DNA from: an uncultured Patescibacteria group bacterium
GTDB lineage: Bacteria > Patescibacteriota > Patescibacteriia > Veblenbacterales > UBA10138
Direction: 5' to 3'
Length of the DNA stretch: 53,564 nucleotides
Assembly: GCA_937929825.1 (NCBI GenBank)
Contig: CALFUV010000007.1
Span: 1 to 53,564 of the forward strand
Positions 19,186 through 29,271 of the stretch are shown in pieces. The position numbers were made by a program, and so were the translations under genes. The notes under the pieces were generated by a model that saw only the letters and a list, made by a program, of their open reading frames with translations, was not told where the DNA came from and searched no databases. Position 1 is the first letter of the stretch. Each line of letters starts with the position of its first letter.

Positions 19186-20377
19186 AAATCCTAAGGGTTT
19201 TATTGTTATTGCGGTTTCTGTAGTAATAACTGCTCTGCTTTTCATATCAGGATATTTGGTAGAACAGTCATTTAGTGAAAGTCGTATAGCTAAAAGCGAA
19301 AACTCTGCTACCAAGGCTTATTATATTGCCGAGTCAGGGGTTAATGAAGCTATTTATTTATTAAAAAATAATCCTACCTGGAGATTAGGTTTTTTATCAG
19401 GCACACTAAACAATGAAATTTATAGTCGTAATAATGTTTTTGATAACAATGGTTCATATTCTATATCAGCCACAAGTATAGCTAGTGGACTAGTTGATAT
19501 TACAGTCACTGGTTATTTTAGCATAGGTAATGAACAATCACAAAGAGTTATCAAAACACGCTTAGCCCGAGCTACTGGCACTGGTCTTAATTGGTCACAA
19601 TCATTTTATGCTGGTGGCCAAGGCGCCCAACAAAACGGTAATCTGACAATAGAACGAAATTGTACTATCAACGGCGGCAAAATTCACGCCAACCAACTGG
19701 TAAAAGTTACCAGTAAATCAACTTTAACAGTCAACAATGCTCAAGTTTCTGCCAGTAATAACATTATTGTCAATAATCAATCTACACTGGTTCTTAATAA
19801 TAGCACCCAAAGTGAAGGTACATCTATAATCGCTCTACCCCAAGTTGATATTGATTCCCCTTCGCCTACATCATTAAAAAACCGTGCCAATCAAACTTAT
19901 ACTTCCACAGCCTTTTCAGCTCTGCCTTCAGGAACAGTTCTAAATGGCATCACTTTTGTAACCGGTAATGCCAATTGGAATAATAAAAATATAACAATTA
20001 ACGGGATTTTGGCAGCTAGTGGAAATATAACTGTTAACTTATCATCGGGTAATTCTTTTTTAATTAATGTTAATGGTGGAACTGGTTCTGGATTAATAAG
20101 TAAAAGTGGAATTTATCTAAATTTAAATAGCGGTAATTTTACAGCTAATGGTTTATTGTATACTCCTGCGGCTATCTCAGTTAATTTTAATGATACAAAC
20201 CCAATATTTGATTTAACTGGCGGTTTAATTGGCTGGCATGTCACCTTTAGCGGTAACGACAATGGTACCTGTGTAATTACCTATAATCAAGATGTATTAT
20301 CCACGCCTCTGGATCCTGTATATAACGGCAATGAAAGCCCTATTATAGAAGTTAATCACTGGGAAGAGCAATATTAA
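19160..20377 (+). CDS. Large minor pilin (PilX-like) with Asn/Gly/Thr-rich C-terminal domain
   Basis: KG|FIVIA lacking Glu5, KAYYIAESGVNEA PilX-type N-terminal motif, terminal WEE. Confidence 0.82.
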   Translation: MFLHATSTKNPKGFIVIAVSVVITALLFISGYLVEQSFSESRIAKSENSATKAYYIAESGVNEAIYLLKNNPTWRLGFLSGTLNNEIYSRNNVFDNNGSYSISATSIASGLVDITVTGYFSIGNEQSQRVIKTRLARATGTGLNWSQSFYAGGQGAQQNGNLTIERNCTINGGKIHANQLVKVTSKSTLTVNNAQVSASNNIIVNNQSTLVLNNSTQSEGTSIIALPQVDIDSPSPTSLKNRANQTYTSTAFSALPSGTVLNGITFVTGNANWNNKNITINGILAASGNITVNLSSGNSFLINVNGGTGSGLISKSGIYLNLNSGNFTANGLLYTPAAISVNFNDTNPIFDLTGGLIGWHVTFSGNDNGTCVITYNQDVLSTPLDPVYNGNESPIIEVNHWEEQY

Positions 20378-21459
20378 TGTTATTCAGTAATCAACAAATC
20401 AGTTTAGGTCTTGATATTAGTGACCGCTCAATAAAAGCGGTACAGTTGAAGCGAAATATAAAGGGCAAGCTAGAACTTCAAGCCTTATCACAACTGGATT
20501 TACCTCCGACTATCTTTGAGGAGGGAGAAATTAAAGACTCTGATGGACTAACACAATTCATAATCAAACTTATAACCAAACCTCAAATTGGCTCTTTTAA
20601 TACTTCTTATGTCACAGCCTGTTTACCAGAAACAAAAACCTTTATTAAAGTTATAGATATACCTCCCATGCCAGAAAAAGAAATTCATAACGCGGTTAAA
20701 TGGGAAGCTGAACACCATATACCTATTCCCATAGAAGATACTTATTGGGATTGGCAAAAAATTGATACTCCAGCCAAGAATAATGCCAGATTACCAGTAT
20801 TATTAGCGGTTGTCCCTAAAAATATTGTTGATACTTATACCGCCGCTATTAACAACGCTAAGCTCACGCCTTTAGCTCTTGAGGTTGAAGCTGTACCTAT
20901 AGCAAGAAGTCTTTTGCCATATTCAAATTCCAATCCTAAAAATACTGCCACAATGATTATTGACATGGGCGCAACTCGCACCAGTTTAATTGTTGTTGAT
21001 TTAAACTCTATTCAATTTACAGTTTCATTACCTATTTCTGGTAGAAGGGTTACAGAAACTATAGCCAGATCGCTTAAATTATCTGAAGAGCAAGCTGAAA
21101 AAGCTAAAATAATCTGCGGTCTTGATCCTAAAAAAAGTCACGGGGCTATTGGTGAAATATTGCATCAAACCATAGATGATTTGATAAATCGCATCAGGGA
21201 GTCAATAATATTTTACAGAGAACATTTTCCTGAGGGCAATAAAATAGGCGAAATACTTCTTTGTGGTGGCGGTTCAAATTTTAAATTAATTGATAAACAT
21301 TTAAGTTCCAGCTTGGAACTGCCTGTTAAAAAAGGAGATCCTTGGTTAAATCTTAAACCCAGTCCACCTCCTCTGAAAAACAATGAACTTATTTCCTACA
21401 CGACTGCTTTGGGTTTAGCTTTGCGTACATCTTTAAATTCAAGTGACTACAGTCTATGA
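20377..21459 (+). CDS. pilM: Type IV pilus assembly protein PilM
   Basis: GLDISDRSIK, IIDMGATRT, LCGGGS actin-like motifs. Confidence 0.93.
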   Translation: MLFSNQQISLGLDISDRSIKAVQLKRNIKGKLELQALSQLDLPPTIFEEGEIKDSDGLTQFIIKLITKPQIGSFNTSYVTACLPETKTFIKVIDIPPMPEKEIHNAVKWEAEHHIPIPIEDTYWDWQKIDTPAKNNARLPVLLAVVPKNIVDTYTAAINNAKLTPLALEVEAVPIARSLLPYSNSNPKNTATMIIDMGATRTSLIVVDLNSIQFTVSLPISGRRVTETIARSLKLSEEQAEKAKIICGLDPKKSHGAIGEILHQTIDDLINRIRESIIFYREHFPEGNKIGEILLCGGGSNFKLIDKHLSSSLELPVKKGDPWLNLKPSPPPLKNNELISYTTALGLALRTSLNSSDYSL

Positions 21460-22001
21460 TGCGAATAAGTTTAAATTTATTATCACCACAGCAAAAAGAA
21501 TACTTGAAGTACGAACGAGCTTATTTTTATGTTAGAACCGTCATGTGGTTAATGATTATTTTTACTATTACAATATCTTCCCTGTTATTAATAGCCAGAC
21601 TAATGTTACAGGATAATTATGCAACTGTCCTTACTACAACTGCCATGGTAAACAATAAAAATACAGTAATAGATCATGAAATTGCCAATCTAAATAAAAC
21701 TTTAATGGAAATGGAAAAAATCCAATCTGATTTTATAAAGTGGTCTAATATAATCATAGATATTAATTCAGTTATACCAGAAAATATTGAAGTCACCTAT
21801 CTTAATTTAGAACAAAAAAATCGTTTATTTAATTTACACGGTAAAGCCTTACGACGGGAAGACTTTTTAAACTTAAAATCAGCATTGGAAAAATTGCCTT
21901 ATTTAGAGGAACTGTCTTCTCCGCTGACTAATTTATTACTCCGTGAAAATGTGAGTTTTGAATTTTCAGGTAAAATTAATTTCAAAAAGGTTAGTCTTTA
22001 G
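21456..22001 (+). CDS. pilN: Type IV pilus assembly protein PilN-like
   Basis: N-terminal LNLL motif, single TM, coiled coil, IPENI; follows pilM. Confidence 0.8.
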   Translation: MMRISLNLLSPQQKEYLKYERAYFYVRTVMWLMIIFTITISSLLLIARLMLQDNYATVLTTTAMVNNKNTVIDHEIANLNKTLMEMEKIQSDFIKWSNIIIDINSVIPENIEVTYLNLEQKNRLFNLHGKALRREDFLNLKSALEKLPYLEELSSPLTNLLLRENVSFEFSGKINFKKVSL

Positions 22002-22014
22002 AATTATTTAAAAT

Positions 22015-22581
22015 ATGCGCTTTAGTTTTATTCATACGCCTAAACAAAAAATACTTTCTGTTATTGTTTTTACGATACTTTTTACAATAGCTATATTTTC
22101 TCTTATAGCTTACCCTAGTATTAAAATAATAAAACAATTATCTGATCAAATATATGAACAACGTATAGAATTAGAACAAATGTATCAAAAAGGAAAAATA
22201 CTTAAAAAAACATTACATGAATACGAACAAATAAAACCTATCATTCCTTCACTTAGCCGTGTTTACTTAACTCGCGGTAATGAGCTCGAATTTATAACCT
22301 CCCTAGAAGAATTAGCTACAACTAGCGGTGTAATAGAAGATAAAAAATTAGCTGCTCCGGATCCTAAAAAAGTAACTAACCAATTACAATATCAACTACA
22401 AATTAGTGGCGATCTTAAAGGTTTTATACGTTATTTGGCCGCTTTAGAAGCACTTGATTTTTATGTAAATATCAACACCGTAAGATTATCCATTTCAACC
22501 GCACAACAAACTATAAACCAAACAGTAACCAAACCTGCTCTTCAGGCTATTCTTCTAGCTACTTCTTTTTATAAACCATGA
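22015..22581 (+). CDS. pilO: Type IV pilus assembly protein PilO-like
   Basis: Single TM, coiled coil, G...FIRYLAALE motif; follows pilN. Confidence 0.72.
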   Translation: MRFSFIHTPKQKILSVIVFTILFTIAIFSLIAYPSIKIIKQLSDQIYEQRIELEQMYQKGKILKKTLHEYEQIKPIIPSLSRVYLTRGNELEFITSLEELATTSGVIEDKKLAAPDPKKVTNQLQYQLQISGDLKGFIRYLAALEALDFYVNINTVRLSISTAQQTINQTVTKPALQAILLATSFYKP

Positions 22582-22925
22582 CAATCATAAAAATTAAAAA
22601 ATTAAATTATATTAAGTTATTAAAATTTTTACCAAATATAACACTAGTGCTGTTATTGTTTGGGTTTATATCAACTATATTTTTTCTATATCAATATTTC
22701 TACCAAACTATTGCTCAAGTAAAAGTTGTGAGTATACTTAAAAGTCAGATCTCTTTAAATCAAGTTAATTTACCCTTATACGAAAAAGTAATAAATGATT
22801 GGGAAAATAAAAAAAGATTTGATGAGTCTAGTATAGATAAAATAAAAGATCATTTCCAACCTATAACAACCACCAATCAAACAATAAATAAACCAACTAT
22901 TGAAGAGGTAAACTTAATTGAATAA
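22578..22925 (+). CDS. Hypothetical bitopic membrane protein ending the pil operon
   Basis: Overlaps the pilO stop; one TM helix. Confidence 0.65.
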   Translation: MTIIKIKKLNYIKLLKFLPNITLVLLLFGFISTIFFLYQYFYQTIAQVKVVSILKSQISLNQVNLPLYEKVINDWENKKRFDESSIDKIKDHFQPITTTNQTINKPTIEEVNLIE

Positions 22926-22938
22926 AATAAGTTTTTTC

Positions 22939-23178
22939 TTAAACCGCTATAACCTCTTTGATATCCGGCAAATCTTTTTTTAATGCTTCTTCCAATCCGA
23001 ATTTCAAAGTAATAGCAGATAAAGAACAATTCTCACAAGCACCTTGTAAATTTACGTAAACACGACCACTATCGGCCTCATAATCAACAAAAGATATATG
23101 GCCACCATGCCCAACAACATAAGGTTCAGCTTCTTCTAAAATCTCTTTAATTTTGGCAATCATCTTTTCTTTTTCCAT
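22939..23178 (-). CDS. NifU/Nfu-like Fe-S carrier domain protein
   Basis: PY...HGG.I, LQGACENCSLS..TLK (CxxC). Confidence 0.9.
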   Translation of the reverse strand: MEKEKMIAKIKEILEEAEPYVVGHGGHISFVDYEADSGRVYVNLQGACENCSLSAITLKFGLEEALKKDLPDIKEVIAV

Positions 23179-23185
23179 TTTTTAA

Positions 23186-23986
23186 TTATGGTTCATTCTT
23201 TAATACTATCATAATTCGCCGACCATTCATAACATCACTGTTATTCCAGTCTCTAACCGCCCCGGCTAATACTTTTTCAGTATACCTATAACTCTCACCA
23301 CGTTTGGTGCCCGGATCATTAACAATAAATTCTGAACCTTCATATCCTTTAACTACCAACATATGATACAATGGTCCAGGTCGTCTAAAATATGGATTAC
23401 CTAATTGACGGCCGGCGGTTGGAATGATAACAGGCCGACCATTATTTATTTCATTTCTAATTATCTCAGCAGAATATTCTAGCACATCGGCATTTTTATC
23501 ATATTTATCCGCTAATACTTTAACCACTTCAGCGGCGGTTAAATCCACACCATAACCATTATCTTCTTGCCATTTAATAAGTTCTAAAATAAGTTCCTCA
23601 GCTTCTGCTGGTGGTATTTGTAGATTCTTTCTACCAGCTAAATATTCCATAACCATAATAATACTAGCCTCTTCACAAGCTTCCTGATAAGGCATTCCCC
23701 AATTAGCAAAGGGGGCTTGTGTGGTAAACGGTACTGGTAGAACTTTAATTTTAGAAAATGAAACTTCTATATTTTTAGATTGAGTGCTTTCTATAGTATT
23801 TAAATTAACCTGATTATTAAACTCTTCCGTATTCTTATTAACTTCACTACTAACTAATTCTTCTGTGAATAAATTATCTTGCTCTGTATTATTACTATTT
23901 AATAAATCATTATTAACACTACTACACGACGTTCCTAAAAAAACCAGGAAAACTAAAATCAGAAATATGATAAATTTTTTATTCAT
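23186..23986 (-). CDS. Lipoprotein with C39-like cysteine peptidase domain
   Basis: Lipobox GTS-C; VPFTTQAP, ACEEAS (Cys), YHMLVVKGY (His), VNDPG (Asp). Confidence 0.82.
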   Translation of the reverse strand: MNKKFIIFLILVFLVFLGTSCSSVNNDLLNSNNTEQDNLFTEELVSSEVNKNTEEFNNQVNLNTIESTQSKNIEVSFSKIKVLPVPFTTQAPFANWGMPYQEACEEASIIMVMEYLAGRKNLQIPPAEAEELILELIKWQEDNGYGVDLTAAEVVKVLADKYDKNADVLEYSAEIIRNEINNGRPVIIPTAGRQLGNPYFRRPGPLYHMLVVKGYEGSEFIVNDPGTKRGESYRYTEKVLAGAVRDWNNSDVMNGRRIMIVLKNEP

Positions 23987-24017
23987 AGTTAATTAATTCT
24001 ACATAATATTTATATTC

Positions 24018-24046
24018 TTGACTAGATTTGAATACTACTATATAAT
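24018..24046 (+). promoter_or_regulatory. Sigma70 promoter of rpmA
   Basis: TTGACT (24018-23), 17 nt, TATAAT (24041-46). Confidence 0.8.
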
Positions 24047-24082
24047 CAATCGCAGATTTAATTAACTATTACTCTTAAAATT

Positions 24083-24367
24083 ATGGCTCATACCAAAGCG
24101 GGTGGCTCAACCAGTCTAGGCCGCGATTCTCAAAGTAAACGCCTTGGGGTAAAATTATTTGCCGGGCAACCAGCTAAAGCGGGGATGGTAATTGTTCGTC
24201 AACGGGGTACTAAATTTTTCCCCGGGCCAGGTGTAAAAAAAGGTAGTGATGACACCTTATTTGCTGCGCGGGCTGGCACTGTTCAATTTCTTAAAAAATG
24301 GCGCCGATCTTACACCGGTAAGCTAAAACTAGCTAAAGTAGTTACAGTGATACCACAAGAAAAGTAA
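24083..24367 (+). CDS. rpmA: 50S ribosomal protein L27
   Basis: [37 protein letters not shown]. Confidence 0.99.
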   Translation: MAHTKAGGSTSLGRDSQSKRLGVKLFAGQPAKAGMVIVRQRGTKFFPGPGVKKGSDDTLFAARAGTVQFLKKWRRSYTGKLKLAKVVTVIPQEK

Positions 24368-24372
24368 TATTA

Positions 24373-24411
24373 ATTACAAAAAACCCGTTAAATAATAGGG
24401 CTTTTTGTAAT
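24373..24411. terminator. Bidirectional terminator between rpmA and pyrG
   Basis: ATTACAAAAAACCC...GGGCTTTTTGTAAT inverted repeat between convergent genes. Confidence 0.65.
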
Positions 24412-24432
24412 TTTACAAGGGTAATAGAAATA

Positions 24433-26091
24433 TTAACCATTAATACAAGACTTGATAAACTCTCGAAATAACGGGTGTGGCTTAAGAGGACGAGATTGAA
24501 ACTCAGGATGAAATTGAGTACCAAGCATAAAAGGATGACCTTTTATTTCAGCTATTTCTACTAAATTCTTTTGTGGATTAATGCCAGAAAAAACAAAACC
24601 GGCTGATTCAAATTGCTGACGGTACTTGTTGTTAAATTCGTAGCGATGGCGATGTCTTTCAAAAATAATAACCCGCCCGGACCTTTGTTCAAGAGGTACA
24701 GCTGAAGAATCCTTTGTTGTATAAGCCCGATAAGCTATAGAATCAGGTTTCAATTCACAAGCATACGCCCCCAAACGCATACTGGCCCCCATATGTTTGG
24801 CGGCTAAATTAACACGTTGTTCCTGCATAATATGAATTACCGGATGTTTAGTATCAATTTGAAATTCAGTTGAATTAACTTCTTTGCTTTTTAAAATTAA
24901 ACGACCGAATTCAATAGACATTATTTGCATACCTAAACATAAACCAAAATAAGGCACATTCTGTTCACGACAATATTGAGCGGCCATAATTTTACCTTCA
25001 ATACCCCTGACACCAAAGCCCCCCGGTACCACTATACCATCTGCTTCTTTAAATTTAGACCATTCACGTTTATCTTTTTTTTCCAGTTTTTCCGAATCAA
25101 TATCAATAATTGATAATCTTACTCTACAAAAAGCAGCTGCTGACTTTAAAGCTTCATGAACGCTTATATAAGCATCTCCATGGGCCGTATATTTCCCTAC
25201 CAAAGCCACTATTACCTTTTTTCGGCCACTTTTTAATGATTTAACCAAATTATACCAAGAAGACAAATTTGGTTTTTGTTTTTTCAAATTAAAATGCCTA
25301 AAAATAAGCACTGATAAGCCATTAGACTCTAAATCTAACGGAACTTCATAAATAGATTTCAATGTTGGACAAGGAATGGCGGCTTTTATTGGTACATCAG
25401 CAAAGAGAGCAATTTTTTCCAATAATTCTTGGGGTATTTTTTTGTCAGCCCGGCAGAAAATTATATCCGGCTGAATACCAACTCGATGTAACTCTCTAAC
25501 TGCCATTTGAGTTGGTTTAGTTTTAAGTTCACCTGAAGTCTCCAAGTAAGGTAATAATGTTACTAACGCAAACATGACATTTTCCGTACCTACCTCACGA
25601 TGCCATTGCCGTGCAGCTTCTAAATATGGTTCACCTTCTATATCTCCCACTGTACCACCAATTTCTATTAATAAAAAATCAGGCGATGTCCTAGAAACCG
25701 CTTCACGAATACGATCCTTAATTACGGTGGTAATATGAGGAATTACCTGAATTGTACGTCCCAAATAACTACCTTGTCTCTCGGCAGATAATACCTGCTG
25801 ATAAACTTGACCAGTGGTAATATTTGACTGACGAGACAACGGTTCATCAATAAATCTTTCATAATGGCCTAAATCCAAATCAGCTTCATAGCCGTCATCT
25901 GTTACAAAAACTTCACCATGCTGATAAGGCGACATTGTTCCTGGATCAATGTTTAAATAAGGATCCATTTTCATAACAGTCACCTTGTAACCTGCTGCTT
26001 TAAGAATAGCGCCTATGGCTGCCATAGCCGTCCCCTTACCCAAACCAGAACAAACACCACCGGTTACAAAAATATATTTTGTTTTGAGCAT
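24433..26091 (-). CDS. pyrG: CTP synthase
   Basis: FVTGGVCSGLGKG, DPYLNIDPGTMSP, KTKPTQ, GLCLGMQ, ERHRHRYE, QFHPE. Confidence 0.99.
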   Translation of the reverse strand: MLKTKYIFVTGGVCSGLGKGTAMAAIGAILKAAGYKVTVMKMDPYLNIDPGTMSPYQHGEVFVTDDGYEADLDLGHYERFIDEPLSRQSNITTGQVYQQVLSAERQGSYLGRTIQVIPHITTVIKDRIREAVSRTSPDFLLIEIGGTVGDIEGEPYLEAARQWHREVGTENVMFALVTLLPYLETSGELKTKPTQMAVRELHRVGIQPDIIFCRADKKIPQELLEKIALFADVPIKAAIPCPTLKSIYEVPLDLESNGLSVLIFRHFNLKKQKPNLSSWYNLVKSLKSGRKKVIVALVGKYTAHGDAYISVHEALKSAAAFCRVRLSIIDIDSEKLEKKDKREWSKFKEADGIVVPGGFGVRGIEGKIMAAQYCREQNVPYFGLCLGMQIMSIEFGRLILKSKEVNSTEFQIDTKHPVIHIMQEQRVNLAAKHMGASMRLGAYACELKPDSIAYRAYTTKDSSAVPLEQRSGRVIIFERHRHRYEFNNKYRQQFESAGFVFSGINPQKNLVEIAEIKGHPFMLGTQFHPEFQSRPLKPHPLFREFIKSCING

Positions 26092-26093
26092 AT

Positions 26094-26546
26094 TTATTTA
26101 GACCTTATTATTAAATTAACAGTGGCTTTAATATCATTGGAAAAATTTATCGTAAACTGATGTTGACCAACTGTTTTAATATGTGCAGGTATAAAAATTT
26201 GTTTGGGTAAAACCTCTATTTTTAATTGTTCTTTTATAGCTTGGCTTAATATTTCAGGAGATATTGAGGCGTATAAAGTTCCGGCTGAAGAGGCTGGTTT
26301 TACAATAATTATTTGCTTGTTATTTAAGGCCTCTGCCTTAATTTTACCCTGACTAACTAAATAATCCTCTTTCTTTTGTATAGAGACTTTTTTTTGCAAT
26401 AAGTCTTTTGTTTTATTAGGTGTTGCAGGTACGGCTAACCTGCGAGGAAAAAGATAATTAAGAGCAAAACCATCAGCTACTGTCTTAATTTCATCAATCC
26501 GCGCCACTCCAGCCACATCTTTAATAAAAATCACCTTCATAATCAA
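26094..26546 (-). CDS. rplI: 50S ribosomal protein L9
   Basis: MKVIFIKDV, VADGFALNYLFPRRLA, GTLYASI, IKTVG. Confidence 0.95.
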   Translation of the reverse strand: MIMKVIFIKDVAGVARIDEIKTVADGFALNYLFPRRLAVPATPNKTKDLLQKKVSIQKKEDYLVSQGKIKAEALNNKQIIIVKPASSAGTLYASISPEILSQAIKEQLKIEVLPKQIFIPAHIKTVGQHQFTINFSNDIKATVNLIIRSK

Positions 26547-26564
26547 CTGATTTAAAAAAGACTA

Positions 26565-27830
26565 TTAATTGTTTTTGTTTAATATTTCCAAAGCTCTCTC
26601 AAGTTGAGGATCTTTTTCTTCTTCAATATCCTGACGCGTTAGCTCCACTTCAATATCAGGTGTAAGTCCAACAATATCTATAGAACGTTCATTAGGTGTA
26701 AACCATTTAGCTATTGTAAGCTTAACTGCGCTGCCATCGGGAAATTCTTGTAAATCCTGAACCGACCCTTTACCAAATGTTTTTTCTCCGACTATAGTTG
26801 CCAACTGCCAATCTTGCAATGCACCAGTAACTATTTCTGAGGCTGAAGCTGAACCACCATTAACCAAAACAATTGTGGGTATATTGGCTAAATTACCCGG
26901 ACCAACACTCTTATAATCATAATAATCTCTTTCAGGTAACTTTTCTTTTACCACAACTCCATTGGCTATCCAATAACTAGCTACAGCAATGGCCTGATCC
27001 AGAAAACCGCCTGGATTATTTCTTAAATCTAAAATAATAGCACTGGCTCCTTGCGCTTTAAGATTTTGCCAAGAGGCATTAAATTTTTTGTCCGTATCTT
27101 GAGAAAAATGAACTATTTTAATATAAGCTATATTTTGACCACTGGTAGTTTTTTTCATTTCACTTCTTACTGTCTGAATGGTAATTTTATCTCTAATAAT
27201 CTTTATTTCCTTAGGTTCGTTTGAGCCTTTAGGTAATATGGTTAAAACTACGGGCGTTCCTCTTTTACCTCTAATCAAAGTGACAGCATAATCTACTGCC
27301 ATGCCAGTAGTATCAATGCCATCAATTAAAATTATGCGATCACCTGATTTAAGTCCTGCTCTTTCTGCTGGTGTAGCTGCCAAGGGGGCTATAATTACTA
27401 AATTATTGTTACGAAGTCCTATTTCAGCGCCAATACCGTCAAAAGTTCCTTCTAATTCATTGTTAAACTCTTGAGCTAATTGAGGATTCATAAAAATAGA
27501 ATATGGATCTTCAAGTCCTGCAACCATACCCGCTAAAGAGCCATAAAAAAGCTTGGTATCAGTTAGAGGGCGACTATAGGCATGACGATGTATATAATCC
27601 CAAACCTGCCAAAACAATTTGAAATCTACATCTTTTGTTAAATAAGGCGGCGGCTCACTATGAGTATTGTAAACTTGTCCGCTCCCTTTTAATGGAACTG
27701 AACTTGGTTGAGCTGTTATGTAACCTAAAACAAAAGACAATATAACAAAAATGACCACTAAACTTAGGGGGGTGGCTCGTTTTTGTTTACGAGATTCTGT
27801 TACTGAATTTGATGACAATATTGAATTCAT
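26565..27830 (-). CDS. ctpA: C-terminal processing protease (S41A) with PDZ domain
   Basis: GIGAEI PDZ motif, LDLRNNPGG, SASASE, TFGKGSVQ. Confidence 0.93.
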   Translation of the reverse strand: MNSILSSNSVTESRKQKRATPLSLVVIFVILSFVLGYITAQPSSVPLKGSGQVYNTHSEPPPYLTKDVDFKLFWQVWDYIHRHAYSRPLTDTKLFYGSLAGMVAGLEDPYSIFMNPQLAQEFNNELEGTFDGIGAEIGLRNNNLVIIAPLAATPAERAGLKSGDRIILIDGIDTTGMAVDYAVTLIRGKRGTPVVLTILPKGSNEPKEIKIIRDKITIQTVRSEMKKTTSGQNIAYIKIVHFSQDTDKKFNASWQNLKAQGASAIILDLRNNPGGFLDQAIAVASYWIANGVVVKEKLPERDYYDYKSVGPGNLANIPTIVLVNGGSASASEIVTGALQDWQLATIVGEKTFGKGSVQDLQEFPDGSAVKLTIAKWFTPNERSIDIVGLTPDIEVELTRQDIEEEKDPQLERALEILNKNN

Positions 27831-27892
27831 TACTTGATTAAATTACTTTCAACTTCAAATGAGTTTATCATAAAATGAGTACTGGGTCAAAA

Positions 27893-29149
27893 CTAAACTC
27901 GCATAATACTCGCGCCAATATTCTTTAATCTTTCTTCCAAAAATTCATAACCTCGATCAATAGGATAAACATTCTTTATAATACTTTTACCCTTCGCAGC
28001 TAAGGCGGCTGTTAATAAAGCCAAACCGGCTCTAGCGTCCGGCGCTTCTATAGTTCTACCTTCAAGCTGCCTAGGCCCTTGTATAATAACTCTATGTGGA
28101 TCACATAAAGTAATGTCCGCGCCCATTTGATTAAGTACATCAGTAAAAAACAGACGACCTTCAAAAATAGTTTCGTGAACTAAACTATGACCAGTAGCTT
28201 GAGTTAAAAGAACTGTCATAGAAGATTGCATATCTGTAACAAAACCGGGGTACTCATGCGTTTTAATATCAACTGCCCGCAAATTTTTCCAATGTTTAAC
28301 AAGTATTTCATTCTGGCTAATATCAAACTCCGCTCCCATATCGCGCCAAACACTCAAAGGAACTTCTAAATGCTCCGGCTGACAATTAGTAACTGTTATT
28401 TGACTGTTGGTGGCTAAAGCCAACATTATAAAAGTACCAGCCTCAATCCTGTCAGGCATCATAATAAATTCTCCAGCTCCAAGTTCTTTTACTCCTTCTA
28501 TATTTATAATTGGTGTCCCTGCCCCGCTTATTCTAGCACCCTGACTATTTAAATAATTAGCCAAAGCAACTATTTCTGGCTCTAAAGCTGCGTTAATTAA
28601 TTTTGTAAACCCATCTGCCAATACCCCAGCCAGCATCATAGTTTCTGTCCCTGTTACGCTAATTTTGGGAAAAACTATTATTCCGCCTTTTAATTTTTTA
28701 GCGCGTAATTTATAAGTCAGATCCTTTGTTTCTGTTACCTCAACACCTAAAGATTGAAAACCTTTCAAAAATAAATCAATCGGGCGTCGTCCTATTTTAC
28801 AGCCTCCCGGATGAGATAATTCAACCTCGCCAAATCTCGCTAAAAGAGGGCCGGTTAAAACCGTTGACGCCCGTAATTTATTAACTAAATCTCGCGGCAT
28901 TAAGCCAGATGAAACTTTGCTCGTATTAACTTTATAAACACCTTTTGCTAATTTGTTCACACTAGCACCTAATCTTTCCAATATTTCAAATTGTCTTTTA
29001 ACATCTTCTATTTCCGGAACATTAACTAAATCCATATCATCTTTAGATAACAAAGAAGCGGCAATAGCCTTTAAAGCCAAATTCTTAGCGCCGGCTACCG
29101 GCAATTTACCTGATAATTGATATCCGCCCTCAATAATAAAATCTGACAT
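27893..29149 (-). CDS. murA: UDP-N-acetylglucosamine 1-carboxyvinyltransferase
   Basis: GAKN, LRAS, PGGCKIGRRP (active-site Cys), PDRIEAGT, YPGFVTDMQ, IDRGYE. Confidence 0.98.
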   Translation of the reverse strand: MSDFIIEGGYQLSGKLPVAGAKNLALKAIAASLLSKDDMDLVNVPEIEDVKRQFEILERLGASVNKLAKGVYKVNTSKVSSGLMPRDLVNKLRASTVLTGPLLARFGEVELSHPGGCKIGRRPIDLFLKGFQSLGVEVTETKDLTYKLRAKKLKGGIIVFPKISVTGTETMMLAGVLADGFTKLINAALEPEIVALANYLNSQGARISGAGTPIINIEGVKELGAGEFIMMPDRIEAGTFIMLALATNSQITVTNCQPEHLEVPLSVWRDMGAEFDISQNEILVKHWKNLRAVDIKTHEYPGFVTDMQSSMTVLLTQATGHSLVHETIFEGRLFFTDVLNQMGADITLCDPHRVIIQGPRQLEGRTIEAPDARAGLALLTAALAAKGKSIIKNVYPIDRGYEFLEERLKNIGASIMRV

Positions 29150-29271
29150 ATTGATATATTAATTATTTATCTATCTCAGTCTTAAAGACTTTAGCAATTA
29201 ATAAAGCCATGCTAAACTAAAAATGCAGATATATATATTTTAAATCATAAATTGATAAAAAACAAACTTTT

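Noticed and set aside
27893-29149. Intrinsic fosfomycin resistance of MurA
   Set aside because: The active-site Cys is present (PGGCKIG), not the Asp variant.
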